Below, in pieces: positions 58,400 through 59,750 of a stretch of DNA of 59,750 nt (positions within the stretch are counted from its first letter, which is position 1; each line of letters opens with the position of its first letter). The DNA is from Balamuthia mandrillaris (taxonomy: Eukaryota). The stretch spans positions 124,001 through 183,750 of the forward strand of contig JAVKOQ020000090.1 of assembly GCA_031835245.2 (NCBI GenBank). The letters are read 5' to 3'. The translations under genes and the position numbers were made by a program. The notes beneath the pieces are model-generated. The model was not told the origin of the DNA. It saw only the letters and a program-made list of their open reading frames with translations, and ran no database searches.

Positions 58400-59748
58400 T
58401 GGGTCTCCTCTCCTTCCTCCTCCACAATGTCAGACCAGTTGGCAGCACCATGATACTCCTCCTCAGCCAGCGCGATGCTTGAGAGCTCCAAAGAGCTGTC
58501 CAAGGCCACTGTTCCAACATTCTCCTCCTTTTCCTTCTTCTTCTCCATCTTTCTTTGCTCTTTAGGCTTCCACAGCGGTTTACCTTCATTCAGCTTCTTC
58601 AATTCGGGCTTTGCCCACCCTGTGGTAAAGCATACAGCCTGGCTCTTTTCTTAATAATGTCCTACGGCAGCCTGGGCCGTCTCCAAAGCTAACTCCACAA
58701 TATGCGTGCCATTCTTCTCTCCTACTCTCACACTCCGGCGTTAGCAGGCCCCAGCTCGAAGATCCTCTCACTTACCAGCACCCTTCTTAAGGTCCTTACC
58801 GCTCACCACAATCGATCTGCCCTCCACAGCCCCTACCTTGGAGTAGGGACTTGCAAAGCCATACTTTGGTTTTACTATAGACCAATAGTTCAGGTCGGTT
58901 ACCGTATCTTTGGTCCACGTCCTCTTGTATATGTTGGAGTTATCCTGCCAACATATCCCTTGTTCCTTTGCCATTTCTTCCTTCCAGTATTCCAAGCTTG
59001 GTGCGCTAACTGTAGTTGCTGTTGGAGGGAAATTCCTTTCCGCAGTAATCATATCACACCACAGAGCTGATCTGACCACCTCCATGTAAGACCGTTGGGA
59101 ACCCAGAGTAGGGCCGCCTTTGGTACTATTTGCACTTCCTTTTTCCCCCACCATAAGATTATTGATCTCCTTGTCAAGAGATTCAATCAAGTCCCTGAAT
59201 CGTACAATCACTGCGAGTGAGAGTATGCCTGCCTCGGAGAGCTTACCACACTCGTGAGAAACACGGCTAATACAATCAAACAGCAGCGCCACTTGACTGT
59301 TGGTTCGCTCCTTAACACCGTCTGCACTGACTGAGTCCGAATCAATCTTTCCCTTGGGTACAACACTGGTCCCTTCCTCTCGGCAGGGCGAATCCACTGC
59401 TGAGTTACACTGATCCTCTGCCCCTCTGTCGTCCTCCTCCTTTTGGTTAACCCTGGGAGAAGGAATCTTGACTGTAGTAGTGTTCAGGTGCCCATACTTT
59501 TCCACCGCCAACTTGAACGCTTCCTCCAAAAACTGATTTAGCTTGTCCCCTTTGACAAAACACTTGGGGATCTTTGCCTCTTTTTGCACAGCTTGCAAAG
59601 CGGGCTTCCACGAACGATTACCGTTTAGGGTCCCCAGTCTAAGACGTTCCTTCATGGCCAGATCCACCCATCGACGTAGGACCTGTTCCCTCTCCTGACT
59701 GTCAATCAATTCAGTGCTCTTGCGTGGCAGAGTCCTATTTTTCCGCAT
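58396..59748 (-). pseudogene. LINE ORF1 (partial, broken by a stop and frameshifts near 58600-58770)
   Basis: 326-aa ORF on the same strand upstream of ORF2, with continuation fragments ending at 58396 where ORF2 begins. Confidence 0.65.
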
Positions 59749-59750
59749 TT

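Larger units (their letters stand above)
54901..59750 (-). mobile_element. Non-LTR retrotransposon (LINE; ORF1 + APE-RT-CCHC ORF2), copy 3, 5' end outside the window
   Basis: RT motifs YRGITLL, QGGFRKGR, LLDISKAYD, GVKQGGVLS, FADD, KYLG. APE motifs NSRG, DIIGVCE, GDWNA, TDH. CCHC CPAC...HFLLRC. Short-repeat 3' tail. Confidence 0.95.

Noticed and set aside
56428..58565. Plus-strand ORFs antisense to the LINE
   Set aside because: Shadow ORFs of the RT/APE coding strand with no motifs.

Overview
Compact, intron-rich eukaryotic genomic DNA. There are about 24 protein-coding genes in the first 54 kb, with short GT-AG introns that often contain microsatellites. Gene content and style suggest a free-living amoebozoan (Balamuthia/Acanthamoeba-like); this is an inference. 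Genes include a CRIB-STE20 kinase, four different F-box proteins, a vWA protein, HemK, a mitochondrial carrier, APIP/MtnB, cytochrome b561, a Zn(II)2Cys6-PAS transcription factor, a bacterial-type sirtuin, an MBD-chromodomain protein, a SAM methyltransferase, UspA, an ETNPPL-like aminotransferase, a phosphohexomutase, a DTW protein, an alpha/beta hydrolase and a very large NACHT-HEAT protein. The last ~5.8 kb is a head-to-tail array of three copies of one non-LTR retrotransposon. Most notable: (1) a ~365-nt densely base-paired intergenic element at 15215-15578 whose helix/template/pseudoknot order resembles a telomerase RNA core; (2) a RIP-like CpA>TpA mutation signature in the most decayed LINE copy, plus CpG loss extending into the neighbouring gene; (3) an MBD-chromodomain dual reader; (4) an F-box fused to an Arf/FBXO4-like pseudo-GTPase fold. 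Exon boundaries and counts were worked out by eye and are approximate.
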